The position numbers and the translations under genes are program-made. This document shows positions 8,860-19,148 of a DNA stretch of 49,548 bases, piece after piece; within the stretch, counting starts at the first letter, position 1; each line of letters opens with the position of its first letter. Source of the stretch: a virus. The notes below the pieces were generated by a model that was not told the DNA's origin, did not search any database, and worked only from the letters and a program-made list of their open reading frames with translations. Location of the stretch: positions 1 to 49,548 of the IMG/VR virus record IMGVR_UViG_3300025706_000008; one strand, written 5' to 3'.

Positions 8860-8860
8860 G

Positions 8861-11800
8861 ATGGCAGGCATATATTTTGAGGCACGCATTGACAGCGACC
8901 AGCTTAAAAAGGACATTGAGCAGATTAACCGGACGCTGTCAAATATGACCAGCAATGCGGAGAAGGCAGGCAATCAGATGGACAACATGTTTCGTGGTCT
9001 GGCGGCATCCGTGGCGGCTTATTTCTCATTTGATTTTGCGGCACAGTTCATCACGAGCATTGCCCGCGTGCGTGGCGAATTTCAGCAGTTGGAAGTGGCT
9101 TTTGAGACGATGCTGGCCAGCAAAGACAAGGCTGACAAACTTATGGCCCAGGTAGTTGAATTTGCGGCAAAAACACCATTTGAACTGAAAGATGTTGCTT
9201 CGGGTGCAAAGTCATTAATGGCATTTGGCGTCACATCTGAGGAAATTATACCCACACTGAAAGCACTTGGCGACGTATCGGCTGGATTATCAGTGCCAAT
9301 AGAACGGCTCATCCTGAACTTTGGACAGGTAAAAACACAGGCACAACTTACCGGGCGTGAGTTGCGTGATTTCAATATTGCCGGTGTGCCTATTGTTGCC
9401 GAATTGGCAAAGAACCTGAATCGGACGGAACAGGAAATTCAGGAAATGGTCACCGCCGGAAAGATAGGATTTAAAGAGGTGAGCGACGCCTTTCGGTCGA
9501 TGACAGACGAGGGAGGCCGGTTTGCAAACCTGATGGATAAGCAGGCGCAAACGATAACCGGGCTTCAATCAAATCTTCGTGACGCATGGAACCAGATGCT
9601 TAATGATATCGGGAAGAATTCAGAGGGTGCCATTGCCGGGACAATACGGGCCGGTATATCGTTGGTTGAAAATTATGAAACGGTAATAAGTGTTATAAAA
9701 ACATTAGTTGTCACGTATGGTGCATACAAGGCCGCTGTCATACTCATAAATATTGCGATGAAACAACAGGCTGCAATAACGGCAATGGTTGCTGCATCGA
9801 ACGGAGTATTCAACAGGGCACTTGCTGCACAGTGGGTATGGACAGAAAGATTACAAAAGGCACAGGCATTGCTTAACAAAACAATGCTTAATAATCCGTT
9901 TGTACTCGCGGCAATGGGAATAGCATTATTGCTGAAAGCAACTGCCGATATTGGTAAAAATGTAAAGAAAACAGAGGAATATATTGATGAACTGAACGAA
10001 AGTATTGAAACGATCGGAAAACAAGTTGAAACGGATAAACTGATAAAAAAATATGAGGAGTTAAGTAAAGAAACAAAGCGGACAAAAGAGCAACAGGATG
10101 AGTTCAATACTACACTGAATAAACTTGGCGGTATATTCCCGGAAATCGTTACTGAGGTAGACAGTTATGGACGCGTGGTTAAAATTGCGGCTGATGAGTT
10201 GAAACGGCTAAACGATGAAATGCGTGTCAATACAGTTGAGATCACTAAGAAAAGCCTTAAAGATTCGCAGAAACAACTTGATACACTCATAAAACAGCGT
10301 GAAGAAATACGGAGGCAGATAAATACCGGATACACAGAAACAGCAGACGAATACGGGGTATCGTATTCGGTGGCATTAAGTGAGAAGGCAATACTTCGGT
10401 TAAGAGGACAATTCGATGGATTAAATAAAGATATTGCTTCATTAAGTGAAAATATAGCTAAAAGCGAATCTGAATTAAACCAGCTTGGGAAGCCGGAAGT
10501 TGACAAAATACTGACACCATACCGGGCATTATTTTCGGAAGTAACAAAGATGACCGAAAGCCAGGCGCGAGATGCAAAGGAAAAGTTGTTGTCATTGGTT
10601 GGTACCGGACTTGGCGAAGGTGCCGAGGCAGCAATAAAGAAGCAGGTAGAGGCGATTGATAATTACCTTAAAACGCCGGTAAATACCGATCAGATACGTG
10701 AACTTAAAGCAAGATTAGCAGAGGCCAACAAAGAGTTAGAACAGGTAATGTCTGGCGGTTCCCGAACGAGTGATAAACAACGCGAAGACGCAAGGGCAAA
10801 AATCAAATTATTAGAGAAACAACTTGAATCATTTGGTATTAAAGCTGGCAAATCGGCTGAAGATGTCAGAAAGGCCGAAGAAGAAAAACTGAAAGCACTC
10901 ACCGAACTTGCAGACCGTGAGATCGAATTGCGCAACCAGACCGAAGCGACAAAGATAGCCATCATGCAGGATGGTGCCGACAAGCAAATCAAGGAGGCGG
11001 AACTGGCCTACAAAATGGAATTGCAGGCAATCGAGAAATACGCTGCCGATTTGCTGAAGACATATAATGATGCACAACTGACAAAGAAATTACCGACGGT
11101 TCAAGTGCTTCCGCAGCAATATCAGGCCGATATTGATACACAAACAAAATTAGCCGCACAAAAATATGCGGATACAAAAGTAAAGATTGAGAAGGATGCA
11201 GCCGACAAAATAGCGGACATCTGGCGTACTGTATCTGATGAATTGCTATCGGCAAAAGACAAAGAACTGGCTGATATCACACGTTACTACAATGACCGCA
11301 TTAAAATGGCTGAAGATGCAAAGGATAATGAGCTAAAAATGGCATTGGAAGCATCTAAGGCAATAGCGGAACGTAAAGTTGAAGCAAAATATTACATTGA
11401 TAGAATAGATAAAGAACAAGATGTTGCGCTGAAGACGATCGACCTCCAACGGGATATTTATCTTTCCGAAGCGGATTATGAGAAGAAAAAACTTGATACA
11501 GCGGTAAAATATATACAGAAGAAAATCGACTATCTGACAAAGGCCGGTGCCGATATTAACGCTGAAGAAATAAAGCAATACGTTGAACAGTTAAAGGATC
11601 TTGGTCAGTCGTTCGATACGAAAAATATTGATAATGTAAAACGGGCATTGGTATTACAGCGCAATGAAATACAAAAGACGATTTCAGAATACAAAAAACT
11701 GGGTAAGAGCGATGAGGAACTAGAAAAACTTCAGAAAGGATTAGAGGAAGTAAATAAGGCTATTTTTTCGATAAATGCCACAAAATTACAGGAGATAGGT

Positions 11801-13030
11801 CAGGTATTTTCCGGCTTGGGTGATGTTATCGGACAGGTAGACGATAACCTTTCATCATTTGGCGGTATTGTTTCAGGAATCGGTCAGCTGTTTGCCGGTG
11901 ATGCGCGCGGAATGATAACGCTGTTCACGTCGCTTAAAGACCTTTCGGAAGAATCGGCACAAAGGCAAAAGGAATTAGAACAGGAGCAGTTAACAAACCT
12001 GAACAATTCACTCGATGCAATGAATGCCATTTTTGACAACCTATACAATAGCATTGAGAGAACATTCGGTACGGAAAGGATTACCCGGTATAACGATGCT
12101 GTTCAGTTATTAGGTTACAACCTTAATTCAGTCATCGGGTCAATTAATAATATTACATCCGATTCTGACCTTGAACGGATAATGAAGGACATAATCGGTA
12201 CAACGACCTCCGAAACAGGATCAGGTCCAAGAGTCAGAAATTTGATGTCATACTCACTTCAGGGACTTGATGAAGCCATAAAAAAGAATGAACAGCTGTA
12301 TAACGACCTGCTGATTAAATACAGCGAATCGGGCACCGAAGAAATAAAGACATTGATCAACGAATATGCCGGTTATGTGGATAAGTTATATTCGCTAAAA
12401 GACGAGTATATGCAACTTGTTACGTCAACGACATCATCACAGATAGCAGACAGTATTATTGACGGATTTGCGGAGGGTAAGCGGTCGATGGCCGATTTTG
12501 CCGATGATTTTGAACAGTTGATGAACCAGGCATTAATAGCGGCACTAAAAACAAATGTATTGGATGTCCCGCTTCAGAAATTCTATTCCGATTTTGCTGC
12601 GGCAATGGACGACAGCGTACTATCAACAGAGGAACGAACGGCATTGAAAGGAATATATGCGCAGATAATTGACAGTGCTTCACAGTGGGCCGCCGGTATC
12701 AAAGACCTTACCGGAAAAGATCCGTTTGAATCGGCACTTGAAAATAAGGGAATGACCGGAGCCGTCAAGTCGATTACGGAAGAAACAGCTGGTCTTATAG
12801 CCGGTCAGTTCATGGCCATGCGCACCGATATGCTTGGCATCCATACCGACACGACAGCATTGAAATCATACGCGGCTGAAATGTCAAATATGGCACTCGA
12901 CCAGCTGGCCGTGGTGAATCAGTCGGTTACCTACCTGGCAGGGATCGAAAAGAACACGCGCGACATTTCGCTGTTGCGTGAGACGAATCAGAAACTTAAT
13001 GAAATGAATACATATCTGAAGAACCTATGA
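8861..13030 (+). CDS. Tail tape measure protein
   Basis: 1389 aa, long coiled-coil regions, positioned after the chaperone pair. Confidence 0.9.
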   Translation: MAGIYFEARIDSDQLKKDIEQINRTLSNMTSNAEKAGNQMDNMFRGLAASVAAYFSFDFAAQFITSIARVRGEFQQLEVAFETMLASKDKADKLMAQVVEFAAKTPFELKDVASGAKSLMAFGVTSEEIIPTLKALGDVSAGLSVPIERLILNFGQVKTQAQLTGRELRDFNIAGVPIVAELAKNLNRTEQEIQEMVTAGKIGFKEVSDAFRSMTDEGGRFANLMDKQAQTITGLQSNLRDAWNQMLNDIGKNSEGAIAGTIRAGISLVENYETVISVIKTLVVTYGAYKAAVILINIAMKQQAAITAMVAASNGVFNRALAAQWVWTERLQKAQALLNKTMLNNPFVLAAMGIALLLKATADIGKNVKKTEEYIDELNESIETIGKQVETDKLIKKYEELSKETKRTKEQQDEFNTTLNKLGGIFPEIVTEVDSYGRVVKIAADELKRLNDEMRVNTVEITKKSLKDSQKQLDTLIKQREEIRRQINTGYTETADEYGVSYSVALSEKAILRLRGQFDGLNKDIASLSENIAKSESELNQLGKPEVDKILTPYRALFSEVTKMTESQARDAKEKLLSLVGTGLGEGAEAAIKKQVEAIDNYLKTPVNTDQIRELKARLAEANKELEQVMSGGSRTSDKQREDARAKIKLLEKQLESFGIKAGKSAEDVRKAEEEKLKALTELADREIELRNQTEATKIAIMQDGADKQIKEAELAYKMELQAIEKYAADLLKTYNDAQLTKKLPTVQVLPQQYQADIDTQTKLAAQKYADTKVKIEKDAADKIADIWRTVSDELLSAKDKELADITRYYNDRIKMAEDAKDNELKMALEASKAIAERKVEAKYYIDRIDKEQDVALKTIDLQRDIYLSEADYEKKKLDTAVKYIQKKIDYLTKAGADINAEEIKQYVEQLKDLGQSFDTKNIDNVKRALVLQRNEIQKTISEYKKLGKSDEELEKLQKGLEEVNKAIFSINATKLQEIGQVFSGLGDVIGQVDDNLSSFGGIVSGIGQLFAGDARGMITLFTSLKDLSEESAQRQKELEQEQLTNLNNSLDAMNAIFDNLYNSIERTFGTERITRYNDAVQLLGYNLNSVIGSINNITSDSDLERIMKDIIGTTTSETGSGPRVRNLMSYSLQGLDEAIKKNEQLYNDLLIKYSESGTEEIKTLINEYAGYVDKLYSLKDEYMQLVTSTTSSQIADSIIDGFAEGKRSMADFADDFEQLMNQALIAALKTNVLDVPLQKFYSDFAAAMDDSVLSTEERTALKGIYAQIIDSASQWAAGIKDLTGKDPFESALENKGMTGAVKSITEETAGLIAGQFMAMRTDMLGIHTDTTALKSYAAEMSNMALDQLAVVNQSVTYLAGIEKNTRDISLLRETNQKLNEMNTYLKNL

Positions 13031-13398
13031 CGGTAACACTTGACGGTAGTGACATATACACCACTTTCGGGCTTCGCATTTCATCGGTCGACGGACTGGA
13101 AAATAAAGAAGCATTTAAAAGCATCCTCCCGTATTGGAGCGCATCGGCTGAACTTTCCATTCGGGAAGAGAAGACAATAACGCTGAACATGCTTGGATTG
13201 TTTAATACGTCAGGCGAAATGGTATCAGCCATTACAGACCTTGACAGTGCGTTGTATGTAGGCCCGCGGCACACGGTTGTATTTACCGATTTGGGGTATT
13301 CGTTAAAATGTGTGGCAAAGGATGGCTTCCGGTCGAAATATTATGCTGATTATCACACGGTCGAAATAGAATTACCACTAACAATATACACCATCTGA
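13027..13398 (+). CDS. Small distal-tail-like protein (hypothetical)
   Basis: ATGA overlap with the tape measure stop. Assignment by position. Confidence 0.45.
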   Translation: MTVTLDGSDIYTTFGLRISSVDGLENKEAFKSILPYWSASAELSIREEKTITLNMLGLFNTSGEMVSAITDLDSALYVGPRHTVVFTDLGYSLKCVAKDGFRSKYYADYHTVEIELPLTIYTI

Positions 13399-16300
13399 TG
13401 AGTTGGAAGATAGGTACAACGGATTTCAAGACATACGGCGTCTATGTGGCCCGATCATCCGGCATCCTGGATAAACCGGCATGGCAGGCACGCAACGATG
13501 GCACCGACTGGATTGATCAGTACGGGCGCGAATATTGGCAGGACATTGCCGACATTAAAAAATCAGACCATGACATTATCCTGAATTGTTGGATTACGGC
13601 AACCAGTTACGCCGATTTCAAAACGAAACTGGATAATTTCAAGACGCTCACCGACACACGCGATTTCACCCTTACCACACCATTCTGTACCGTCAGTCAT
13701 TGTTACATACCCGGTGGATTTACCGCCGTGCGCGAGACAAATTACAGGGCATCGCGGCAGATAGGCACTTTTACACTTCGGATTGTTGTCACCGGTGACC
13801 GCCAGGAAGATACGATTTCTGTATATCCACCAACCGGAGGCACGACGCCAAAGACGACCATCCTGACAAAAAATCTGAAGGTGTACAAGCGGATGCAGGG
13901 TGATATGTATGCCACATGTACGACGGAGACGAGCGCACCGCTGACAATAAGCCGCGGTGATTTCATCGTTATTCCCGTGAAAGGCGTATATACCGATTTG
14001 TATGAAAACTTCTATTTGGCTATTGACCCTGAGGTTCGCAAGGTAGGGGAAAACAAATACAGCTATAACCTGCGGTGGGAATATGGCACGTATGGACTGC
14101 GACAGGTAACATTTAAGTCAATGGTTACCGTCACGCCGGAAGAATCAGATTTTTATTTTTATGCCAATGTCGATGAGATCGTCGATAAGATACTTGCCAA
14201 TTTGAATGTTGTATACCCCGGCTTATACGTTAAGGGATCCATCGAAGCGACCGAACGGCGCAATCATAAATTCAACGGTGAAAATTGCTGGGATGTACTT
14301 CGCCGTATATGCAGCGATTATGAACTTGAATTTGACTTTGTCAGCACAGCCGATGTACGGCATGCCTGTACGTATACGCTTGACATTGCCACAAAGATAG
14401 GGCGAAACTGGCCATTCACGCTTGAGTATGGCGTTAATAACGGGCTGTATGACATAACGCGTGAATCCGTCAATAAAGAAGACCTTTGTACATCGCTATA
14501 TGCCTGGGGATCGACAAAGAACCTGAAGGCAGACTACGGATACCGCCGGTTGAAATGCCCGACCATGCCGCTACAGGATCATGTGGCAACGTATGGAATT
14601 GTTGAGAAGACGGTATTCTTCGATGACATTTACCCGAAATTTGAAGGTACAGTTGAAGGGTATATACAATACCCATCCGTGACGGGTGAACGGGCTACCA
14701 CAGGCACGGAATGGGAACAGACCGATTTAGAAATATACCGGATTACGGATACCGGAATAGACTTTGACCTGAACGACAAACAATACCTCACTGGGTTACC
14801 GGCAAAGGTAATGTTCACGGGTACCAGCGTACTGGCAGGGATGGAATTTGAAATCAAGCGGTACGATGCAACAAATCACGCTGTATATTTCAAGCCATTT
14901 GTTGACGAATACGCGGGAAAATTCCCTAATGCAACAATCTATCCAGCGGCAGGCGCCTCGGGTGATACTTACACATTCATTGACATTAATCAACCTGAAT
15001 CATACATAACGACGGCAGAGGCAGAACTTCTGGCCGCGGCGCAGGCGTGGCTGACCGGCGATGAAACGCATTCAGGGTATAGCACCCCGGCGGTGACCTA
15101 TTCCGTAACGGTTGACCCGGCGTTCATCCGATACATCATTGACGCGGGGTATCCATCGTATGCAGGGTTTAATGTTGGCGACAATGTGGCGGTGATTGAT
15201 ACCGACCTTTCAATATCGGATTTATTCCGCGTCAGCGAGGTGACGAAAGATTGCTACACGGGCCGGTATGAACTTAAACTGTACAAAGGCAATCCGCTCA
15301 CAACACGCGAGATGATGAGCGTACGGATGGCAGCGGTTGAACGTGCGCAGCAGGCAATAAAGACCGACAAGGCGGAATCGCAGCGCAAAGACCAGGCAAC
15401 GACAAAAGAGGTTGAAACGAAGATCCTCGACCCGGCAGATGATAAGATAGCCACGGACGACGTTATCCGCAATGAATCAATAGACAGCCGACATCTTGCG
15501 TATGATGCCATTGTCCCGAACGTGTATATCGACGGCATAATGATAACGCTTAATTACAAGGGACGCGTCAATGAGGTAAGCGTAACAGCGGGGAAAATTG
15601 TCATCACTAATTGGGCTAATGAAGTTAAGAACCGTTTCGATCTTCAGCGGCTTTTGCAGTCAGCACAACCGTACAGCCCGCGCCGTGAATGGACTATTGC
15701 CGCATCGCGCTATGTTCTTCCAAGTCCATCGGAATCATATTATGTATATGCAAAGTTGCCATTGCCGGAACCGGAATACACGGGTGACCCGAACGGAACG
15801 GCAACGCTCGTTTATCTGACCGAACGGAAGGAAGTAAAGGAATTGCTATATGAAGACGACGGGTATCTGATGTATCAGCTTGGCGTCATCAAACAAGCAG
15901 AATCACCGCGCCAGGGTGAGTTCCTATGGGGTAACCTGACAATTCCCGACCCGCAGACGATGACGCAGAACCTTACTGGCGTTCCGCAATATGGATATTT
16001 GTACGATGAATACGCGCTCACCGATGCCCGCAATATTGCTAACGATGGATGGCGCGTAATGACAACGGATGACTTCTCATTCATACAGGCATTTGCATCA
16101 GGTGACACTCCCGGAAGTGACTTCTCGGGATTAAACCTAAAGTCAACAAATGTTGATTTCTGGGCCAGTGGTTCAGATAATAATTCCGACAGTTACGGTT
16201 TTGATATTGTTGGCGCGGGAACACGAGATGCCTCAGGTACGTTCAGCGGAATCAATCAGCTGTGTTATCTTGGTGTCAGCGGTGATGATGCGTTGTACTT

Positions 16301-17003
16301 TGAGGATGGTGTAAGCACGACATCGGTCGTCACCATTGGCGCACTACAGGCGCGAACCGTGCGACTGGTGAATGAAGCAACGACACTAACCGCAACGGGA
16401 CAGACGGGATGGTACACCGGCAACGACGGGCGGCGTTACATGACTGTATACATCGGCACGTCGGGTGAAGGATATGAAATTACAAGCCAGAATCTATGCG
16501 AAACGCGCTTCCGCGACCATACGCAAATACCAGAGTGTACGGGAGCCACGGCATGGGCGGGACTGACAACTCCGGCATGGTGTACATACAACAATGATTC
16601 AGCGAGCGCGTTCACAGAAGGAGAATTACAGGAGTGGGCCGAGGCTGTTGCTGAAACAGTGTTGAGTGATAGTTCATTCCTTGACCTATCCGACACGCCG
16701 GATTCATATTCGGGTAATATTGGAAAATTTGTCATCGTAGCAAGCGGTGGTGATTCGCTTATGTTCGGTGACGGCATGGCTGTATTGCGCACCGAGGCCG
16801 TTACTTCGGGTGAAATCGTAACGGTCGACAACACGAATAATGTCATTAAGCTGACCGGGGCGGCCAGCGGTGCAACCGGTGACACGAGTGGCGTAACGGT
16901 ATATCTTGGCAGTATTGCGGGGTATAAATATTGGGAGGGCAGTCAGGCAGAATATGAAGGGTTAACACCGTCAGCAGATACGTTGTATTTCATAACAGAA
17001 TAG
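13398..17003 (+). CDS. Large tail tip or baseplate protein with a C-terminal FISUMP-like (Fibrobacter succinogenes major paralogous-type) domain
   Basis: 1201 aa. The C-terminal region (QYGYLYDEYALTDARNIANDGW...GNDGRRYMTVYIG...AWCTYNND) parallels the repeats of the next ORF. Confidence 0.7.
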   Translation: MSWKIGTTDFKTYGVYVARSSGILDKPAWQARNDGTDWIDQYGREYWQDIADIKKSDHDIILNCWITATSYADFKTKLDNFKTLTDTRDFTLTTPFCTVSHCYIPGGFTAVRETNYRASRQIGTFTLRIVVTGDRQEDTISVYPPTGGTTPKTTILTKNLKVYKRMQGDMYATCTTETSAPLTISRGDFIVIPVKGVYTDLYENFYLAIDPEVRKVGENKYSYNLRWEYGTYGLRQVTFKSMVTVTPEESDFYFYANVDEIVDKILANLNVVYPGLYVKGSIEATERRNHKFNGENCWDVLRRICSDYELEFDFVSTADVRHACTYTLDIATKIGRNWPFTLEYGVNNGLYDITRESVNKEDLCTSLYAWGSTKNLKADYGYRRLKCPTMPLQDHVATYGIVEKTVFFDDIYPKFEGTVEGYIQYPSVTGERATTGTEWEQTDLEIYRITDTGIDFDLNDKQYLTGLPAKVMFTGTSVLAGMEFEIKRYDATNHAVYFKPFVDEYAGKFPNATIYPAAGASGDTYTFIDINQPESYITTAEAELLAAAQAWLTGDETHSGYSTPAVTYSVTVDPAFIRYIIDAGYPSYAGFNVGDNVAVIDTDLSISDLFRVSEVTKDCYTGRYELKLYKGNPLTTREMMSVRMAAVERAQQAIKTDKAESQRKDQATTKEVETKILDPADDKIATDDVIRNESIDSRHLAYDAIVPNVYIDGIMITLNYKGRVNEVSVTAGKIVITNWANEVKNRFDLQRLLQSAQPYSPRREWTIAASRYVLPSPSESYYVYAKLPLPEPEYTGDPNGTATLVYLTERKEVKELLYEDDGYLMYQLGVIKQAESPRQGEFLWGNLTIPDPQTMTQNLTGVPQYGYLYDEYALTDARNIANDGWRVMTTDDFSFIQAFASGDTPGSDFSGLNLKSTNVDFWASGSDNNSDSYGFDIVGAGTRDASGTFSGINQLCYLGVSGDDALYFEDGVSTTSVVTIGALQARTVRLVNEATTLTATGQTGWYTGNDGRRYMTVYIGTSGEGYEITSQNLCETRFRDHTQIPECTGATAWAGLTTPAWCTYNNDSASAFTEGELQEWAEAVAETVLSDSSFLDLSDTPDSYSGNIGKFVIVASGGDSLMFGDGMAVLRTEAVTSGEIVTVDNTNNVIKLTGAASGATGDTSGVTVYLGSIAGYKYWEGSQAEYEGLTPSADTLYFITE

Positions 17004-17007
17004 AGTT

Positions 17008-18393
17008 ATGCCACTATATGTAGGTACACATTCAACAGATTGCGTAAAAGTTTACAGGGGTATATATCCTTTTTGTAAGATATATCAGGGGTCAACGCTG
17101 AAATGGTGGGCTGCGGATTGTCAGGCGTGTGTGAAATACGGATACTTGTATAATCGTTTCGTGGTGACCGATTCACGCCATGTATATTCATCCGGCTGGC
17201 ACGTTCCGACAGACGCTGAATGGACTACCCTCACCGATTACCTCGGTACAAAGAGCAGTGACTATGATAATCCGTATGGGTATAAACTGAAGGAAACCGG
17301 ATTTGTGTATTGGAATAGTCCGAATACTGATGCAACAAATGAGGTGGGATTTTATGGACGTGGGTCAGGACATAGATTGTACACAAATGGCACGTTTGAA
17401 TTATTACAACAACAGTCATATTATTGGAGTTCATCCGTAAATTACGGTGATTATTACTGGGCTCGTCAATTATATTATAACCAGAATTTAATTCACCGTG
17501 GATATGCCGACCCGGAAAACGGAATGTCAATTCGGTTAATCAAAGACGATAGCACCCTTGTCGGTTATGTAGGCAACGACGGAAAGACCTATAACACGGT
17601 AAAAATAGGCAGTCAGGTATGGATGGCTGAAAATTTAGCAGAGACTGAATTTGCCGACCATAGCAAGATTCCGGTTGTTGAGGGTGCTACGACATGGACA
17701 GGATTGTTGACCGGGGGAATGTGTGCTTATGATAATGATTATACAAACGTGGGGTGTGGGGAAACGGAACCGGAACTTACGGAAGTTGAATATGGATTGC
17801 TGTATAATTGTTATGCAGCAACGGATGCGAGGTATATAGCACCGGCAGGTTGGCACGTGCCAACATGGGACGAATGGATTACATTATCTAATTATTTAGG
17901 TGGTGGAAATCATGAAGGTGGGAGTTTAAAAGAAACAGGATATACTTATTGGGATAGTCCGAATACAGGAGCAGATAATTCAACTGGTTTTTATGGTCGT
18001 GGTTCTGGCGCAAGAGTAATAGGTGGTGTTTTTCTATATCTTAATAAAAAAATGATTTTAGCAAGTTCAACTTCATCATCATCAACATGGATTATACCAC
18101 AGTTAAATAATGGAGATGATGATTTTCAGATAATGTCATCAGGTTCAGAATATTATGGTGCTGCCATTCGCCTTATCAAAGATGATAGCACCGACACCGG
18201 AACAATGGTAGATAACGATGGTAACATTTACCCAACCGTAAAAATTGGCGATCAGGTATGGATGGCGAAAAACCTGAAAACAACCAAATACCGCAACGGG
18301 GACGCCATACCGGAAGTGACAGATAATTCAGCGTGGGTGGCATTGACAACGGGTGCGCTTTGTGCCTATGACAACGACTGGGATAACGTATAA
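17008..18393 (+). CDS. Tail fibre or receptor-binding candidate built from two tandem FISUMP-like domains
   Basis: Two copies of YG(Y/L)LYN...GWHVPT..EW..L..YLG...LKETG..YW.SPNT...GFYGRGSG...IRLIKDDST...DG..Y.TVKIG.QVWMA.NL...CAYDND. Confidence 0.7.
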   Translation: MPLYVGTHSTDCVKVYRGIYPFCKIYQGSTLKWWAADCQACVKYGYLYNRFVVTDSRHVYSSGWHVPTDAEWTTLTDYLGTKSSDYDNPYGYKLKETGFVYWNSPNTDATNEVGFYGRGSGHRLYTNGTFELLQQQSYYWSSSVNYGDYYWARQLYYNQNLIHRGYADPENGMSIRLIKDDSTLVGYVGNDGKTYNTVKIGSQVWMAENLAETEFADHSKIPVVEGATTWTGLLTGGMCAYDNDYTNVGCGETEPELTEVEYGLLYNCYAATDARYIAPAGWHVPTWDEWITLSNYLGGGNHEGGSLKETGYTYWDSPNTGADNSTGFYGRGSGARVIGGVFLYLNKKMILASSTSSSSTWIIPQLNNGDDDFQIMSSGSEYYGAAIRLIKDDSTDTGTMVDNDGNIYPTVKIGDQVWMAKNLKTTKYRNGDAIPEVTDNSAWVALTTGALCAYDNDWDNV

Positions 18394-18399
18394 ATAAAA

Positions 18400-18471
18400 G
18401 CCACGCATCGCAAACCGTGACAATCTATATTACCACAAACAGATAATCAATATTCTATTACCACGAAATTT
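18400..18471 (+). promoter_or_regulatory. Conserved bipartite element, copy R2 (gccacgcatcgcaaaccgtgaca, with gaaatttg 65 nt downstream)
   Basis: 20 of 23 positions match R1 and R3. The 17-nt core is identical and the spacing is the same. Lies 27 nt upstream of the first glycan-island gene. Confidence 0.55.
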
Positions 18472-18497
18472 GTCACAAATCCACAACGTGGTAAATC

Positions 18498-19148
18498 ATG
18501 ATCATACGAATTGACGACTTTCCGACCGGTATTAGTACCGTTCCCGGCGATTTATCTGATTATTTCAGAATATTTGATTGCTTTGAACGCCACAACATTC
18601 AATACTATCTTGGCATTGTGCCTGAACTTCTGCGACGTTTCGTAAACAGCGACGACATCGAAAGGCTGACCCGGTATAAATGCATGGTTCCGGTCATGCA
18701 CGGTTACGATCATCTCTTTGACCGCATGAACCGGATACTCATCGCAAACAATGACCCTGAAAATACGCGCGGACTTGTCAGCGGCACGTGGTTTGAATTT
18801 GAAACACGCAATCAGCAATGGGTAAATGACCACCTGACCCAGGGACGCGAATATCTTGAAAACGTATTCAACCGCATTATTGTTCATTACATCCCTGTCT
18901 GCAACCGTATAGACGAGAAGCTGATAACCGGGCTCATTAATTCCGGTTTTGTGTATGTTTTCACAATCGAAGGCAACCGCAGACAGGTACAACGGATGGA
19001 TACGATCACTACGGAATATTACGGACAACTGGAAGACATGTCGCGCCGGTATGAATCACTTTGTCTGCACATAACTTGGGAAGTTCAGACGATTAAGCGT
19101 ATTGGATTCGCCGCATGGAAAAGACAATTTCATAAAATGATTGTATGA
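18498..19148 (+). CDS. Polysaccharide deacetylase-like protein (DUF2334/NodB-like)
   Basis: IRIDDFP and MHGYDH motifs. Confidence 0.45.
   Translation: MIIRIDDFPTGISTVPGDLSDYFRIFDCFERHNIQYYLGIVPELLRRFVNSDDIERLTRYKCMVPVMHGYDHLFDRMNRILIANNDPENTRGLVSGTWFEFETRNQQWVNDHLTQGREYLENVFNRIIVHYIPVCNRIDEKLITGLINSGFVYVFTIEGNRRQVQRMDTITTEYYGQLEDMSRRYESLCLHITWEVQTIKRIGFAAWKRQFHKMIV

Noticed and set aside
8686-8973. Minus-strand ORF in the gap before the tape measure gene
   Set aside because: The region is better explained by the -1 frameshift extension of the tail chaperone on the + strand and by the tape-measure 5' end.
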